Below are positions 49,003 through 58,834 of a DNA stretch of 64,000 bases, piece after piece. Under the pieces are notes generated by a model. That model was not told the origin of the DNA. It saw only the letters and a program-made list of their open reading frames with translations, and ran no database searches. Source of the stretch: Acidimicrobiia bacterium (lineage in GTDB: Bacteria > Actinomycetota > Acidimicrobiia > Spongiisociales > ZC4RG35). The translations under genes and the position numbers were made by a program. The stretch is taken from assembly GCA_965203555.1 (NCBI GenBank), contig CBDBCY010000004.1:1-64000 (forward strand), read 5' to 3'. The number at the start of each line of letters is the position of its first letter. Position 1 is the first letter of the stretch.

Positions 49003-50394
49003 ATTCGGATACTGCTGATCTCAACCTACGAATTGGGCCACCAGCCACTTCACGTCGCCTGGCCGGCCGCCGCCCTGACTGCGGCCGGCCATTCGGTCAA
49101 AGCATTGGATCTGGCAGTGGAGGACTGGGACGATGAGAGGGTGCAGTGGGCTGAGGCGGTGGGCGTGTCGGTGCCCATGCACACCGGCATGAGGCTGGGC
49201 GTGCAGACTGCCCGCCGCATCAAGTCCGACAGCCCCCACAAGCCCATCGTCTTCTACGGCCTGTATGCCGCGGCGGCCCGGGATCGGGTGGTGGGCGAGG
49301 TTGCCGACCGGGCTATTGCGGGCGAATACACCGCGGAACTGGTCGAGTGGTTCAACGGGCTGGGTTCCGTTACGTGGCGGGGATCGGGGCCGATCACAAT
49401 CTCCACCCGCAGGTCGCCTTCGCTGGTTCCTGCCCGCGGGATTCTTCCTCCGCTGGACAAATACGTCTGTCTGGAGCATGGGGGACAAACGCGTTTGGCC
49501 GGGTACGTGGAAGGCAGCAGGGGATGCCGCCACCGGTGCCGGCACTGTCCGCTTCCGGCGATCTATGACGGACGTTATCGCATCGTGGACCGCGAGAGCA
49601 TACTGGCCGACATCCAGTGGTTGACCGACAATGGCGCCGAGCACATCACCTTTGGCGATCCGGACTTTCTCAACGGTCCCGCCCACGCCCGTCGTTTGGT
49701 GGAAGCCGCCCATCGCCAGTTTCCCGACCTAACTTTCGACTTGACGGTTAAGGTTGAACACATCCTGTCCCACCGGTCGATCTGGCGGGAAATGGCCGAG
49801 CGCAACGTGGTATTCGTGGTGTCAGCCTTCGAAACCGTAAATGATCGAGTCCTGAGGCTATTGGACAAAGGACACACCGTGGCCGACTTGGCGCCGGCCC
49901 TTCGGATCTTGAGAGAAGTGGGAATAGCAGTGCGACCGTCATGGCTCCCCTTCACGCCATGGACCGAACTCTCCGACCTCGACCACATCTTTTCATTCAT
50001 CTCGGATCATGACCTGATGGGCGCCACTGATCCGGTGCAGATGGGGATTCGTCTGCTGGTGCCGGAAGGATCGCTGGTGTTGTCGATACCGGGCGCCGCG
50101 CGCATATTCGGAGACTACGACCCCGAGGTGCTGGGATATCCATGGGAGTCTGCCGATCCGGCGGTGGACGAACTGCAGGGCAAGGTCCTGGCTCTGGCCG
50201 AATCGGGGACCCGGGGAGAGATGAGCACCCGCCGGACCCTCCACGCCCAGTGGGAGCAGGCGCGGCTGGCCGTGGGGGGTCGGTCGCCGTCAGTGTCGGA
50301 CGTGGACTGGGAGGATGAGGCGCCCGGTCTCACCGAATCGTGGTTCTGCTGCGCGGAGCCCACCGAAGTCCAGATGGCGGGGGTGACCGGCTAG
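49003..50394 (+). CDS. B12-binding radical SAM protein of the CUAEP/CCAEP-tail family (Cys variant); probable ATT start
   Basis: ILLISTYELGHQP, SVPMHT, GCRHRCRHCP, HITFGDPDFLNGP, C-terminal TESWFCCAEP (TGC TGC). Confidence 0.85.
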   Translation: MRILLISTYELGHQPLHVAWPAAALTAAGHSVKALDLAVEDWDDERVQWAEAVGVSVPMHTGMRLGVQTARRIKSDSPHKPIVFYGLYAAAARDRVVGEVADRAIAGEYTAELVEWFNGLGSVTWRGSGPITISTRRSPSLVPARGILPPLDKYVCLEHGGQTRLAGYVEGSRGCRHRCRHCPLPAIYDGRYRIVDRESILADIQWLTDNGAEHITFGDPDFLNGPAHARRLVEAAHRQFPDLTFDLTVKVEHILSHRSIWREMAERNVVFVVSAFETVNDRVLRLLDKGHTVADLAPALRILREVGIAVRPSWLPFTPWTELSDLDHIFSFISDHDLMGATDPVQMGIRLLVPEGSLVLSIPGAARIFGDYDPEVLGYPWESADPAVDELQGKVLALAESGTRGEMSTRRTLHAQWEQARLAVGGRSPSVSDVDWEDEAPGLTESWFCCAEPTEVQMAGVTG

Positions 50395-50399
50395 GGAGT

Positions 50400-51827
50400 T
50401 CAGCGGTGGGACCGGCACCGCTGCTCGAACGGACAGGCGCCGCACCACTCGCCCACCTCAAAAGTGGGAGACGTCGCGTCCAGCAGGTCCCATTGGGAGG
50501 CGGCATGGGCCAGTTCGACCAGTTGCCGCGCCAGTTCCTCCATCTGTTCTCTTTTCCAGACTTTGCGATCACAGGTCGGTGTCTTTCCCGAGGTGGAGAG
50601 CTGATGGATGTGGGTAGTCACGGCGGGCGTCCTCTTGAACCGGAGCAGGGCGCCCAGCGCGTACAGTTCGGCCTCATAGGGGTAGACCCGGGGGGAGGCG
50701 CCGGTCTTGTGATCGATCACCACCGGGGTGTCGTCTCCTTCCCTTCCCACCCCGTCGGCAATGCCGTACAGCACCACCGAGACGGGTTTGCGCCCGGCGC
50801 CGAATCGGACGGTAAAGCCCAGGGGGAACTCGGTTTTCGTGATGTTGAGATCGGACGCACACGAAAGGCTCAGATGTTGGCGGTAGAGAGCCTCCGTCTC
50901 CAGGTCCTCGGAAAAAAACGATGCCGGGTCAGGCGACAGCAATGCCTGCGCCATCAACTCATGAAACCTGTTGCCCAGTTCCAGGCCGGGGGAGGTCTCA
51001 AGCGAGAAGTGATCGGGATCTACAGGGATGGAGAACATCGTCTTCCAGGCGGCCCTCCGTTGACAAAGTTCTATTTCAGGCAACCTCGATTTGGAGATCA
51101 TCATGCGAAACCCCGAAGTCTTACGCTTCGCATATGGGATGACATCCATGGCGTCGGGGTCCAGGGCGGGGAAGGTATCGCACAGGTCCGACACCCCGCA
51201 GGTCGAGCAGTGTGACCCTGCCACGATCCGGGGCTCACTGTCAATCATCTTCCGGTAGTCGTTTTCCAATGCCGCCAAGATCTCGCGCGCTCGCGTCCGG
51301 GGCATCTCCAGGCGGATCATCTCTCCGTCGGCGGTTCTTATCTCATAGGCCTCCATGGAGGTGGGAAAGCGCGAATCGGAGACAGTCACGGCTATCTCTT
51401 CGGGGGCGGTGGCGAACTCGGCGCCCTCTTTGATCTGCCCGGTCTTCAGCTTGTACATCGTCAGCGCTCCATCAGAGTCCCGGTGGGTGAATTGGAAGAA
51501 AACACTCAGCTCTTCGGGTCCGATCGGGTAGTTGAGTTGAGGCCAATCGAAGTCAAAATCTCCCTGCCCGGGCGCCGGCAGGAGTGGCAGTGCTCTGTTG
51601 ATCTGAGCAGCGACGATTTCCGCCTGCACCGGATCGAACCGTTCCTCCACCGGGGGCGGGGGAGGCCGTCCGCCCAGCTCGGCAGCCAGGGCTTCCCAAG
51701 TGGCGCTCCATCTTCGCAACGGAGGGACATTGCGGTTGGTTCCAGGCGGCGACATTCCCAGGTCCGCAAAGGCGCCCGGGCAAATTCGCTTACCGGGTGC
51801 GCTGACCAGGTCCTTTGGTGCGCTCAT
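50400..51827 (-). CDS. Tandem PD-(D/E)XK (RecB/Cas4-like) nuclease-family protein
   Basis: Two modules each ending CxxCxxxxxC; second has G..FH, E, GIAD, IDHKTG, ELYA. Confidence 0.75.
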   Translation of the reverse strand: MSAPKDLVSAPGKRICPGAFADLGMSPPGTNRNVPPLRRWSATWEALAAELGGRPPPPPVEERFDPVQAEIVAAQINRALPLLPAPGQGDFDFDWPQLNYPIGPEELSVFFQFTHRDSDGALTMYKLKTGQIKEGAEFATAPEEIAVTVSDSRFPTSMEAYEIRTADGEMIRLEMPRTRAREILAALENDYRKMIDSEPRIVAGSHCSTCGVSDLCDTFPALDPDAMDVIPYAKRKTSGFRMMISKSRLPEIELCQRRAAWKTMFSIPVDPDHFSLETSPGLELGNRFHELMAQALLSPDPASFFSEDLETEALYRQHLSLSCASDLNITKTEFPLGFTVRFGAGRKPVSVVLYGIADGVGREGDDTPVVIDHKTGASPRVYPYEAELYALGALLRFKRTPAVTTHIHQLSTSGKTPTCDRKVWKREQMEELARQLVELAHAASQWDLLDATSPTFEVGEWCGACPFEQRCRSHR

Positions 51828-51898
51828 CGTTTCCGGTCCCCGACCGCCGAGGCGCCGCAATACAGGTCCATCCCCAGACCCTTATCATCTCTTCGCAG

Positions 51899-52354
51899 AT
51901 GCGGGTAGTGGTGCAACGGGTTTCCCAGGCTCGAGTGACGGTCGACGGGAAAACGGTCGGGGAGATCTCCGATGGGCTTTTGGCGTTGGTGGGCGCCACC
52001 CACGAGGACTCGGTGAACGACGCCCGGGCGGTGGCCGCCAAGATGGCGGGGCTTCGAATTTTTCCGGACCGGGCAAAAAAGATGAATCTGTCGTTGCTCG
52101 ACACCGGGGGCGAGGTCCTGGTGGTCAGCCAGTTCACTCTGTACGGGGACGTTCGCCGTGGCCGTCGACCCTCCTTCGTGAAAGCGGCGCGTCCCGAACC
52201 GGCCCAGCGCCTGGTGGACGAGGTTGTGGCCGCTCTGCGGGACCGGGGCATCGGAGTCGCCACCGGCCGCTTCGGAGCGATGATGGAAGTGTCCCTGGTC
52301 AACGATGGGCCGGTCACCATCATCCTGGAAACCGGCGGAGGCCGGATTCTCTGA
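51899..52354 (+). CDS. dtd: D-aminoacyl-tRNA deacylase
   Basis: [41 protein letters not shown]. Confidence 0.97.
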   Translation: MRVVVQRVSQARVTVDGKTVGEISDGLLALVGATHEDSVNDARAVAAKMAGLRIFPDRAKKMNLSLLDTGGEVLVVSQFTLYGDVRRGRRPSFVKAARPEPAQRLVDEVVAALRDRGIGVATGRFGAMMEVSLVNDGPVTIILETGGGRIL

Positions 52355-52371
52355 AGTCCGCAGGCTGCGGT

Positions 52372-55300
52372 TCAAGTCTTCTTCCCGATCGAGGAGATGA
52401 ACGCCTTTCCCTCGGGGCACAGTTTGAAGAAGTCGCACTTTACGCACTCCGCCGACGGGGTGGGGTCCCAACGTTTTTCGGAGATGGAACGGGCCATGTC
52501 CTCCAGACGGGTGCGGGCAGAGGCCAGCCAGGCCTCGTCCACCCGCTCGGCGCTGGGTTCTTCCCGAAGCCGGCCCCCTCCCAGGTAGGCGATGGTCACC
52601 GAGAGCTTGGAAGGCGCCGGTCCGAGCTCGGGAGTCTCGCGCACCGCCAAGGCGTAGACCTGCATCTGCGCCAGCCGGGCCGAGTGGGGATCATCGACAG
52701 GGGGTTGGCCTGATTTGAAGTCCACGATCTCCCAGGCGTCCCCGTCGTTTTGGTAGACGGCGTCGATCCGGCCCCGCACCAAAAAGCTCTCGGTCAGCCG
52801 GATGTTGAATCCCTTCTCCAGCCACCGGGCCTTCATGTCCGAGAACCGGGACTCGCGGAAGACCTGGAACGGTCCGGGGCCGGAACCGGAGTCGACCGGT
52901 CGGTCATCGCCGATCAGATCGGGCCTCTCGGCATCGGGTTCCAGCAGGGATCCCTTGCCCCGATGGTGCAGTTCGATCTGACGGTGAATCCGGGTTCCCC
53001 GGCGGGTGACGTAGGAGTAGCGGCGGGGGAGAGGTTCCACCCTGCTCCAGAAGTACTTCTTGGGACACTGCGCGTAGTTGACCAGGTCGGTGGCCGAAGT
53101 GGTGATCACCGCTTGGTCACGGGGCGGTTCGGGATCGGGCAGCCGGAACAGCATTCCCTGGAATTCTTCCACGGCGGCGTGGTATTCCTCCTCGACTCCC
53201 CCGGCGCGTGCCAGTTCGACCGTGGAGTCGCGGTCCTCCAACGCCGATCGGATTCCTTCCGACCATCCTTTTTCGAACACGGGGTCGGGAGCGTGTGCCG
53301 CCTGGGTCGCCCTCGCAAAACTGAGAGGGGCCGGGCCGTCCGGGTACTCCCGTCGCAACGCCAGGTCGGCATCGGCCGGCGGCTTCTTTTGGACCGACAG
53401 CCAGGCCTCCTTGAAAAAGAGGCTCAGTTCGGGGAGTTTGGGTCGTTTCAACGGTTCCGGGTAGCCGTACCAGTGGGCGCCGGACAGGAACAGTTCCTCC
53501 TTGGCGCGGGTGGCCGCTACGTAGGCGGCCCGCCACTCCTGCGCTTGATGGGCCTTCTTCACCTTCTTCTGCTGGTCGTTCAGAAGTTCCGTTAGCTGCG
53601 GGCCGCTCATCCGGGCGGTGATCGGAAGGTCTGAGGGGGGATCGATCCGCCAACTCCAGGGAACGGACTCGGCTTTGAAGTAGGGATTGTCATAGCCCCC
53701 CACCGCCTGGGAGGGAAAGTTCTGGTGGTAGATGGCCGGAATGAACACCACCGGCCACTCCAGGCCCTTGGCCTTGTGGACGGTTATCAGGGTCACCGCG
53801 TTCTCATCGGAGAGTCGGGCGGTGTCCATTTCCTCGGCGGGTTCCTCCTGCAGGGCGTCCAGGTAGTCGAGAAACCCCTCCACGGTGGAAGGTCCCTCCA
53901 GAGGAGTCCAGTGTTCCGCCATATCCAGGAACCGGTAGAGGTTGAGGCGGACGGTCAGCCGGGTGGCGCCGGGAATGGACTCCACGTCCGGCCAGGCGCG
54001 GGTCCGGTCCAAGATGATGCGGCACGCCTCGCCGGGGGAGATGCCCTGGCACGCGGCCAGGATGTAACGGTACTCCTGGTGGAACTGACGGAAGGGCGTC
54101 TCCAGCCGGTCGGGAAGGGCTTCCCAGAACCTTCTCCGATCCAATCCGTCCAGGAGGGAGACGGCCGGGCCATCGGGCCTGCGGTAGGCGAACCTGCTCA
54201 AATGCCGGATGTCTCCCAGCCCGAGCCGGTACCGACTCCCTCCCAACAGACGAGCGGCCGCGGCCCGGTCGTCGAATCGGCCGACGATCCTCAGCCACGA
54301 GTGGATCTCCACCACTTCCGGAATGGTGAGGAGGCCGCCCAGGTTGGCCACCTCCACCGGTATGTCGTGTTTGATCAACTGCCGGTACACCCCGGCGACG
54401 TCCTTGGTCTTGCGGAACAGCACCGCCATATCCTTCCATCTCCGGTCGTTCCGCTCCCGCTCCTTCAACTGCTCAGCGATCCATACCGCCTCGTCGACAG
54501 CGGTAGGGTGCCATCTGGCCCGAACCTTGGAGGTGACCGCTGCGGGCAGTGCCTGAAGTTCCGGGGTCCCCGAACCGATGTTCTTCTTGATCCGGTTGGC
54601 GAACCGGATGATCCTGTGCCCGGAGCGGCGGTTGAGGGTGAGGGTCAGAGTCTCCGCCGGCTCTCCGTCCTCGGTGGGGAAGTGATCGGGGAAGTCCTCG
54701 AAATTGCCGAGGGAGGCTCCCCGCCATTCATAGAGGGTCTGGTCGGAATCTCCAATCACCGTCAGGGGAAAGCCCCCTCCGAACAGTTTCTGGAGGATCT
54801 TTCGCTGGGCGGCGTTGGTGTCCTGGTACTCGTCGGCGACCACCGCCTTGTACCGCTCCCGGATGCGCTCAGCGATCGTTGGTTGCTCGTCGAGTATCCG
54901 GTGGGCGTGGGAGATCAGGTCACCGTAATCCACCACTCCCAGGCGGCGTTTGTGTTCCTGGTATCGGAGAGCCGCCTCCACCATGCCGGGCCGTTTGCAG
55001 AGGGTGGTCCGCAGACGTTGGTAGTTATCGAAGTCACGTTTGAGCCGGAAGTCCTGCCGTGTCAACTCGGGTACCTCGACGCGCAGCATTTTCTCGTCAA
55101 TGCGGTCCGGGTCCACCAGGTGGTCGGCCAGGGATGAGCAGAACCGGATCAGGGCCCCGGGCAGATGGAACAAGTCGGTGTTGTCCAGTCCGGGCAGCCG
55201 GGTTTCCCGGATCACCTGTTTGATCAGCTGGCGGGTCTGGGCCGGGCCGATTATGGAGAGGCGCCGTTCGATCCCCAACCCCGCTCCGAACTGGGTGACC

Positions 55301-55596
55301 AACTGGGAGCAGAACCCGTGGTAGGTGTGGACCTCCACCTGCCGCAGGGGGTCGCGGTGCGTGGAGAGGACCTGCTGGATCCGTTCCTTCAGTTCCTGGG
55401 TCGCTTTGTTGGTGAAGGTCAGGCCCAGCACCTGTTCGGGGGCGATTCTCTTCTCCTTCACCAACCGGGCGATCCGATAGGAGACCGTGGTGGTCTTGCC
55501 GGTGCCGGCGCCGGCCGATACCCGGAGAGGACTGAGATCATGGTCCACCACCTTCTGCTGTTCGTCCGACAGCGTGATCGGGGGAGGCTCGGTCAC
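52372..55596 (-). CDS. adnB: AdnB-like SF1 helicase-nuclease
   Basis: AGAGTGKT, DEYQD, GDSDQ.LY.WRGA, TVHKAKGLEW, YVAATRA, C-term GRID..VDFKSG, CxxCxxxxxC. Confidence 0.85.
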   Translation of the reverse strand: MTEPPPITLSDEQQKVVDHDLSPLRVSAGAGTGKTTTVSYRIARLVKEKRIAPEQVLGLTFTNKATQELKERIQQVLSTHRDPLRQVEVHTYHGFCSQLVTQFGAGLGIERRLSIIGPAQTRQLIKQVIRETRLPGLDNTDLFHLPGALIRFCSSLADHLVDPDRIDEKMLRVEVPELTRQDFRLKRDFDNYQRLRTTLCKRPGMVEAALRYQEHKRRLGVVDYGDLISHAHRILDEQPTIAERIRERYKAVVADEYQDTNAAQRKILQKLFGGGFPLTVIGDSDQTLYEWRGASLGNFEDFPDHFPTEDGEPAETLTLTLNRRSGHRIIRFANRIKKNIGSGTPELQALPAAVTSKVRARWHPTAVDEAVWIAEQLKERERNDRRWKDMAVLFRKTKDVAGVYRQLIKHDIPVEVANLGGLLTIPEVVEIHSWLRIVGRFDDRAAAARLLGGSRYRLGLGDIRHLSRFAYRRPDGPAVSLLDGLDRRRFWEALPDRLETPFRQFHQEYRYILAACQGISPGEACRIILDRTRAWPDVESIPGATRLTVRLNLYRFLDMAEHWTPLEGPSTVEGFLDYLDALQEEPAEEMDTARLSDENAVTLITVHKAKGLEWPVVFIPAIYHQNFPSQAVGGYDNPYFKAESVPWSWRIDPPSDLPITARMSGPQLTELLNDQQKKVKKAHQAQEWRAAYVAATRAKEELFLSGAHWYGYPEPLKRPKLPELSLFFKEAWLSVQKKPPADADLALRREYPDGPAPLSFARATQAAHAPDPVFEKGWSEGIRSALEDRDSTVELARAGGVEEEYHAAVEEFQGMLFRLPDPEPPRDQAVITTSATDLVNYAQCPKKYFWSRVEPLPRRYSYVTRRGTRIHRQIELHHRGKGSLLEPDAERPDLIGDDRPVDSGSGPGPFQVFRESRFSDMKARWLEKGFNIRLTESFLVRGRIDAVYQNDGDAWEIVDFKSGQPPVDDPHSARLAQMQVYALAVRETPELGPAPSKLSVTIAYLGGGRLREEPSAERVDEAWLASARTRLEDMARSISEKRWDPTPSAECVKCDFFKLCPEGKAFISSIGKKT

Positions 55597-58500
55597 GAGG
55601 TGAACGCTCCCTTTCCTTCCGGCCAAGCCGGACACAGCGATCGCACGGAGCACCGTCCACATTCAGTGGAGGGCTTAGGTGGCCAGTGTTGAGGATCGGG
55701 CTTCTCCTCCACGATGGCTTGGGCGATGTCGTCCAACTCTTCCAACACCTCCCCCAGATTGGCCGGGTCGAAGGAGCGTGTCCAGGACCCCTTCTCACAG
55801 AGGGGATGCCAGAACTCGGCGGCGGAGGCTGTGACATCGGGTTGCATCCGGGAGACAGCCCACAGGTAAAAGCCCAACTGCAGGGCGATTTTGGCATCCT
55901 TGACCGGCATCGGATTCTTGGAGGTCTTGTAGTCGACGATGCGAAGCGACCCGTCCCCCATCCGATCGATCCGATCGATCCGGCCCTTCCAGGCGATTCC
56001 ATCCCGGGTGGTGTCCACCGGCTCTTCGAAACCGACCACCTCGCCGCCCCGGGTCTTCCAGCGTTGCTCCAGCAGTTGGAGGAATTTCGCGCCCCGGTCC
56101 CGCCAGGCCTCGTTGAGCACCGGCGTCCCGAAATCGGTGTCGGCGATCTGACGTTTGAGTTCCTCCAGGGCGCGGGGCAGGTCCAGCCCGTGCTCTCCCA
56201 GCTTCCGGGAAGCCTCTCCGCACTTGTGAAGGACATGATGGATCAACTGCCCGAACCGGGCATAGGGGTTCTCGTCGGAGGGTTGGATCCGAAGACGTCT
56301 TTGCAGTGCATACTGGCGGGGACACTTTTGATATGCCTCGGCTTGGGAAGCCGACATGATGTGGCCCGGATCGATCAATCCCACATCCGGCCCCGGCCGA
56401 CGCATTCCGGCGAAGCGACCGGCCTCCCACAGGTCGCCCCGGACCGGGTCGGCCAGGACGGCGGCGGCCGCCAGGCGCCGGGGAAGCGTCTCCTGGATGT
56501 CCTTTTGGACCCGCCGCAGGTAGCTCTCCGTTTCCAGCCGTCCCACCGGTGATGAGGCGGGTCGGGGTTCGGGGGGACCCAGATCAACCCCGGCGTGTTC
56601 GGCCAACAGGACCGCGAATCTGCTGACGCGGTGGTGCAATTCGTTCAGGTCGGGGGCGGTGGCGGTCCACACCACTCTCCGGCCGGCCCGGGTCATGGCG
56701 ATGTAGGCCAGGTTCCGTTCCTCCTCCAGGCGGGATTCGAGAAGGCGGGAATAGTCGAAGGAGGGCTGGGAGAGGAGCCGTCCTTCCAGCAGGGAGCGGA
56801 CGGGCCTGTTGTCGGGGAATGTTCCCTCTTTGGCCCCGAATATGAACACCACGTCGAACTGGCGGCCCTTGGCCTGATGGATGGTGCCGATCATCACCCC
56901 ACCGTCGGTGGGGGCGCGGGCCGGCAGCAGGGGAGAAGCCTCCAGGTCGCCCTCCAAGGTCAGTGTCCGGTAGTCGAGCAGAGAGGTGCGGGGTGAACGC
57001 TCGGCCAGCCTGCCCAGGGTTTGGGCGAAGGAGAACAGCGCCGAGCGGTAGTCGGCGGATCGGTCCGATCCGACCAGGCGATGCATTTGGGGGGTGTCGC
57101 TCCACAATTTCCAGAAGCCGTTGGTGGCCGGGGGGTTCTGCGCCCAGGAGGGTCTGCTCAGCAGGCGGGAGAGAGCGCCTCCGCCGGGTACCTCCTCACC
57201 CAGGACGTCTGCCCATCGCCGGCCCCGCCGATGGCGTCCGGCCCGCAGCTCCCGGGCGCGTCCCTCGGTCAGGGAAAAGAGGGGGCCCAGCAGCACGCTT
57301 TCCATGATCCGGTCCAGATCGGCGGTGGTCGCCGGCGACGGCGCCGGATCGCAGTCGCCCGTGGCTGCCATGGCCAGATCCAGCACCAGGCGCACCCCGG
57401 GATGGTCGATCAACCGGGCGCCGGGTCGGGCGTGGGGGATGTTCTGGCGATCCAGCGCCCGGGAGAGGGCGATCAGGGGACCGCCGGTGCGGCTCAGCAC
57501 CGCGATTCGGGAATAGGGAAGTTGCTCGGTGAGATGGAGGCGTTTCACCTCCGCCGCGATCCAGTCGTTCTCGGCCATCTCCTGGTCGAAGACATAGAAC
57601 TCCGCCCTCCCGGCATGGGCGGCAGGGCGGGGCAGGGTGAGTGGATCATCGGGAAACAGCGCCTCGGCGGAGGAGAGGATTTCAAAAGGTACCCGATGGC
57701 TGGTCGTCAGCGCCAAAACCTCCGGTCTCGCCCCGATCTTCCCGAAGGTGTCGGGAAAGGCGGTGACCGAGGCGCGTTCGGCCCCCCGGAAGGAGAAGGA
57801 CGTCTGCTGCGGGTCGGCGACCGCGGTGAGGTGGCAGCCGCCGCCGACCATCTTCTTCAGAATCTCCACCTGCACCAGGGTTGCCTCCTGGTATTCGTCG
57901 ACCAGCAGGTAGGGAAACCTCTGCACCGTCCGGCTGAGGATGCTCGGCTTTTCCAGTGCCTCGTTGGCCCGGAGCAGAAGGCCGGTGTAATCGATCTTCT
58001 CTTCGCTCTCGAGCTTGCATAAGTAGCGGCGGTAAAAGCCCGGTAGGGCCTTCCAGGCAGGCCTGTCTTCGGCCCGGTCCGCCAACTCCTTCGGGCTGAT
58101 GCGCTGCTCCCCGCATCGCAACATGAAGTCGGCCAGTTCCTCGGCCAGGGTCAGGGTGCCCAGCATGCGCCGGTAGATGAGGGGCCACTCCAAGGGCTGC
58201 TCGTCGGCCAGCACTTGGCGGACCAGCTGGATCTGCTCCGGCGTGGTGAGCAGCATGGGGGGCTGCGGGGTCCCGAACAGTTCCTGGGAGTGCTCCTCCA
58301 CCAGCGTGCGGGCGAAAGCGTAGAAGGTGCCGACCGACAGTTGACCGAAGGAGCGGCGGGTGGCGGCGGTGATGCGTTTTCGCAGATCGGCGGAGGTCTC
58401 CCGCGAGAAGGAGAGAGCCAGCACCCCGTCCGAGGAGGTGAGTTCCGAGTTGATCAGATGAGCGGCCCGGCGGGCCAGGAGCTCGGTCTTGCCGGTGCCC

Positions 58501-58607
58501 GGCCCACCGATTATCAACTGGGTCCCTCGGACGCGTTCGACCACCTCTTCCCACCGGTCCGCAGAGATCGGCTGCGCCCGCAGGGTCCGGACGGATGGAG
58601 TCCTCAA
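55593..58607 (-). CDS. adnA: AdnA-like helicase-nuclease
   Basis: GGPGTGKT, VDEYQE, degenerate ADPQQ, EEERNL.Y.AMTRA, GRIDR.D..VDYKT, QL..Y, CxxCxxxxxC. Confidence 0.85.
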   Translation of the reverse strand: MRTPSVRTLRAQPISADRWEEVVERVRGTQLIIGGPGTGKTELLARRAAHLINSELTSSDGVLALSFSRETSADLRKRITAATRRSFGQLSVGTFYAFARTLVEEHSQELFGTPQPPMLLTTPEQIQLVRQVLADEQPLEWPLIYRRMLGTLTLAEELADFMLRCGEQRISPKELADRAEDRPAWKALPGFYRRYLCKLESEEKIDYTGLLLRANEALEKPSILSRTVQRFPYLLVDEYQEATLVQVEILKKMVGGGCHLTAVADPQQTSFSFRGAERASVTAFPDTFGKIGARPEVLALTTSHRVPFEILSSAEALFPDDPLTLPRPAAHAGRAEFYVFDQEMAENDWIAAEVKRLHLTEQLPYSRIAVLSRTGGPLIALSRALDRQNIPHARPGARLIDHPGVRLVLDLAMAATGDCDPAPSPATTADLDRIMESVLLGPLFSLTEGRARELRAGRHRRGRRWADVLGEEVPGGGALSRLLSRPSWAQNPPATNGFWKLWSDTPQMHRLVGSDRSADYRSALFSFAQTLGRLAERSPRTSLLDYRTLTLEGDLEASPLLPARAPTDGGVMIGTIHQAKGRQFDVVFIFGAKEGTFPDNRPVRSLLEGRLLSQPSFDYSRLLESRLEEERNLAYIAMTRAGRRVVWTATAPDLNELHHRVSRFAVLLAEHAGVDLGPPEPRPASSPVGRLETESYLRRVQKDIQETLPRRLAAAAVLADPVRGDLWEAGRFAGMRRPGPDVGLIDPGHIMSASQAEAYQKCPRQYALQRRLRIQPSDENPYARFGQLIHHVLHKCGEASRKLGEHGLDLPRALEELKRQIADTDFGTPVLNEAWRDRGAKFLQLLEQRWKTRGGEVVGFEEPVDTTRDGIAWKGRIDRIDRMGDGSLRIVDYKTSKNPMPVKDAKIALQLGFYLWAVSRMQPDVTASAAEFWHPLCEKGSWTRSFDPANLGEVLEELDDIAQAIVEEKPDPQHWPPKPSTECGRCSVRSLCPAWPEGKGAFTS

Positions 58608-58637
58608 CCCGGGCGCTCCCCTGCCGCCAAGCGGGGA

Positions 58638-58802
58638 TCAGGCGGCGACATGCAGATCGACGGGCTGGCAGACCGAACAGGTGTGGGACGGCGGGTTCTC
58701 GATCGACTCGACGGTGACCCCGGCTTGGGTCATCCAGTCCATCATCTTCCGGCAGTCGACCGGATCGGTCTCGATATCGCGGAGGGTCATTTGGTGTTCC
58801 AT
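58638..58802 (-). CDS. Unannotated 54-aa Cys-containing protein leading the adnAB operon
   Basis: MEHQMTLRDIETDPVDCRKMMDWMTQAGVTVESIENPPSHTCSVCQPVDLHVAA; ATG exactly 7 nt after the promoter -10 box. Confidence 0.65.
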   Translation of the reverse strand: MEHQMTLRDIETDPVDCRKMMDWMTQAGVTVESIENPPSHTCSVCQPVDLHVAA

Positions 58803-58809
58803 GGGAACC

Positions 58810-58831
58810 AATCTAAGAGGGGGGTGTGACA
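58810..58831 (-). promoter_or_regulatory. PafBC/RecA-NDp-like leaderless promoter of the small ORF-adnAB operon
   Basis: TGTCAC-ACCCCCCTCT-TAGATT-7nt-ATG. Confidence 0.78.
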
Positions 58832-58834
58832 CTC

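Noticed and set aside
50340-50365. Selenocysteine in the radical SAM tail
   Set aside because: Both codons are TGC; there is no in-frame TGA.
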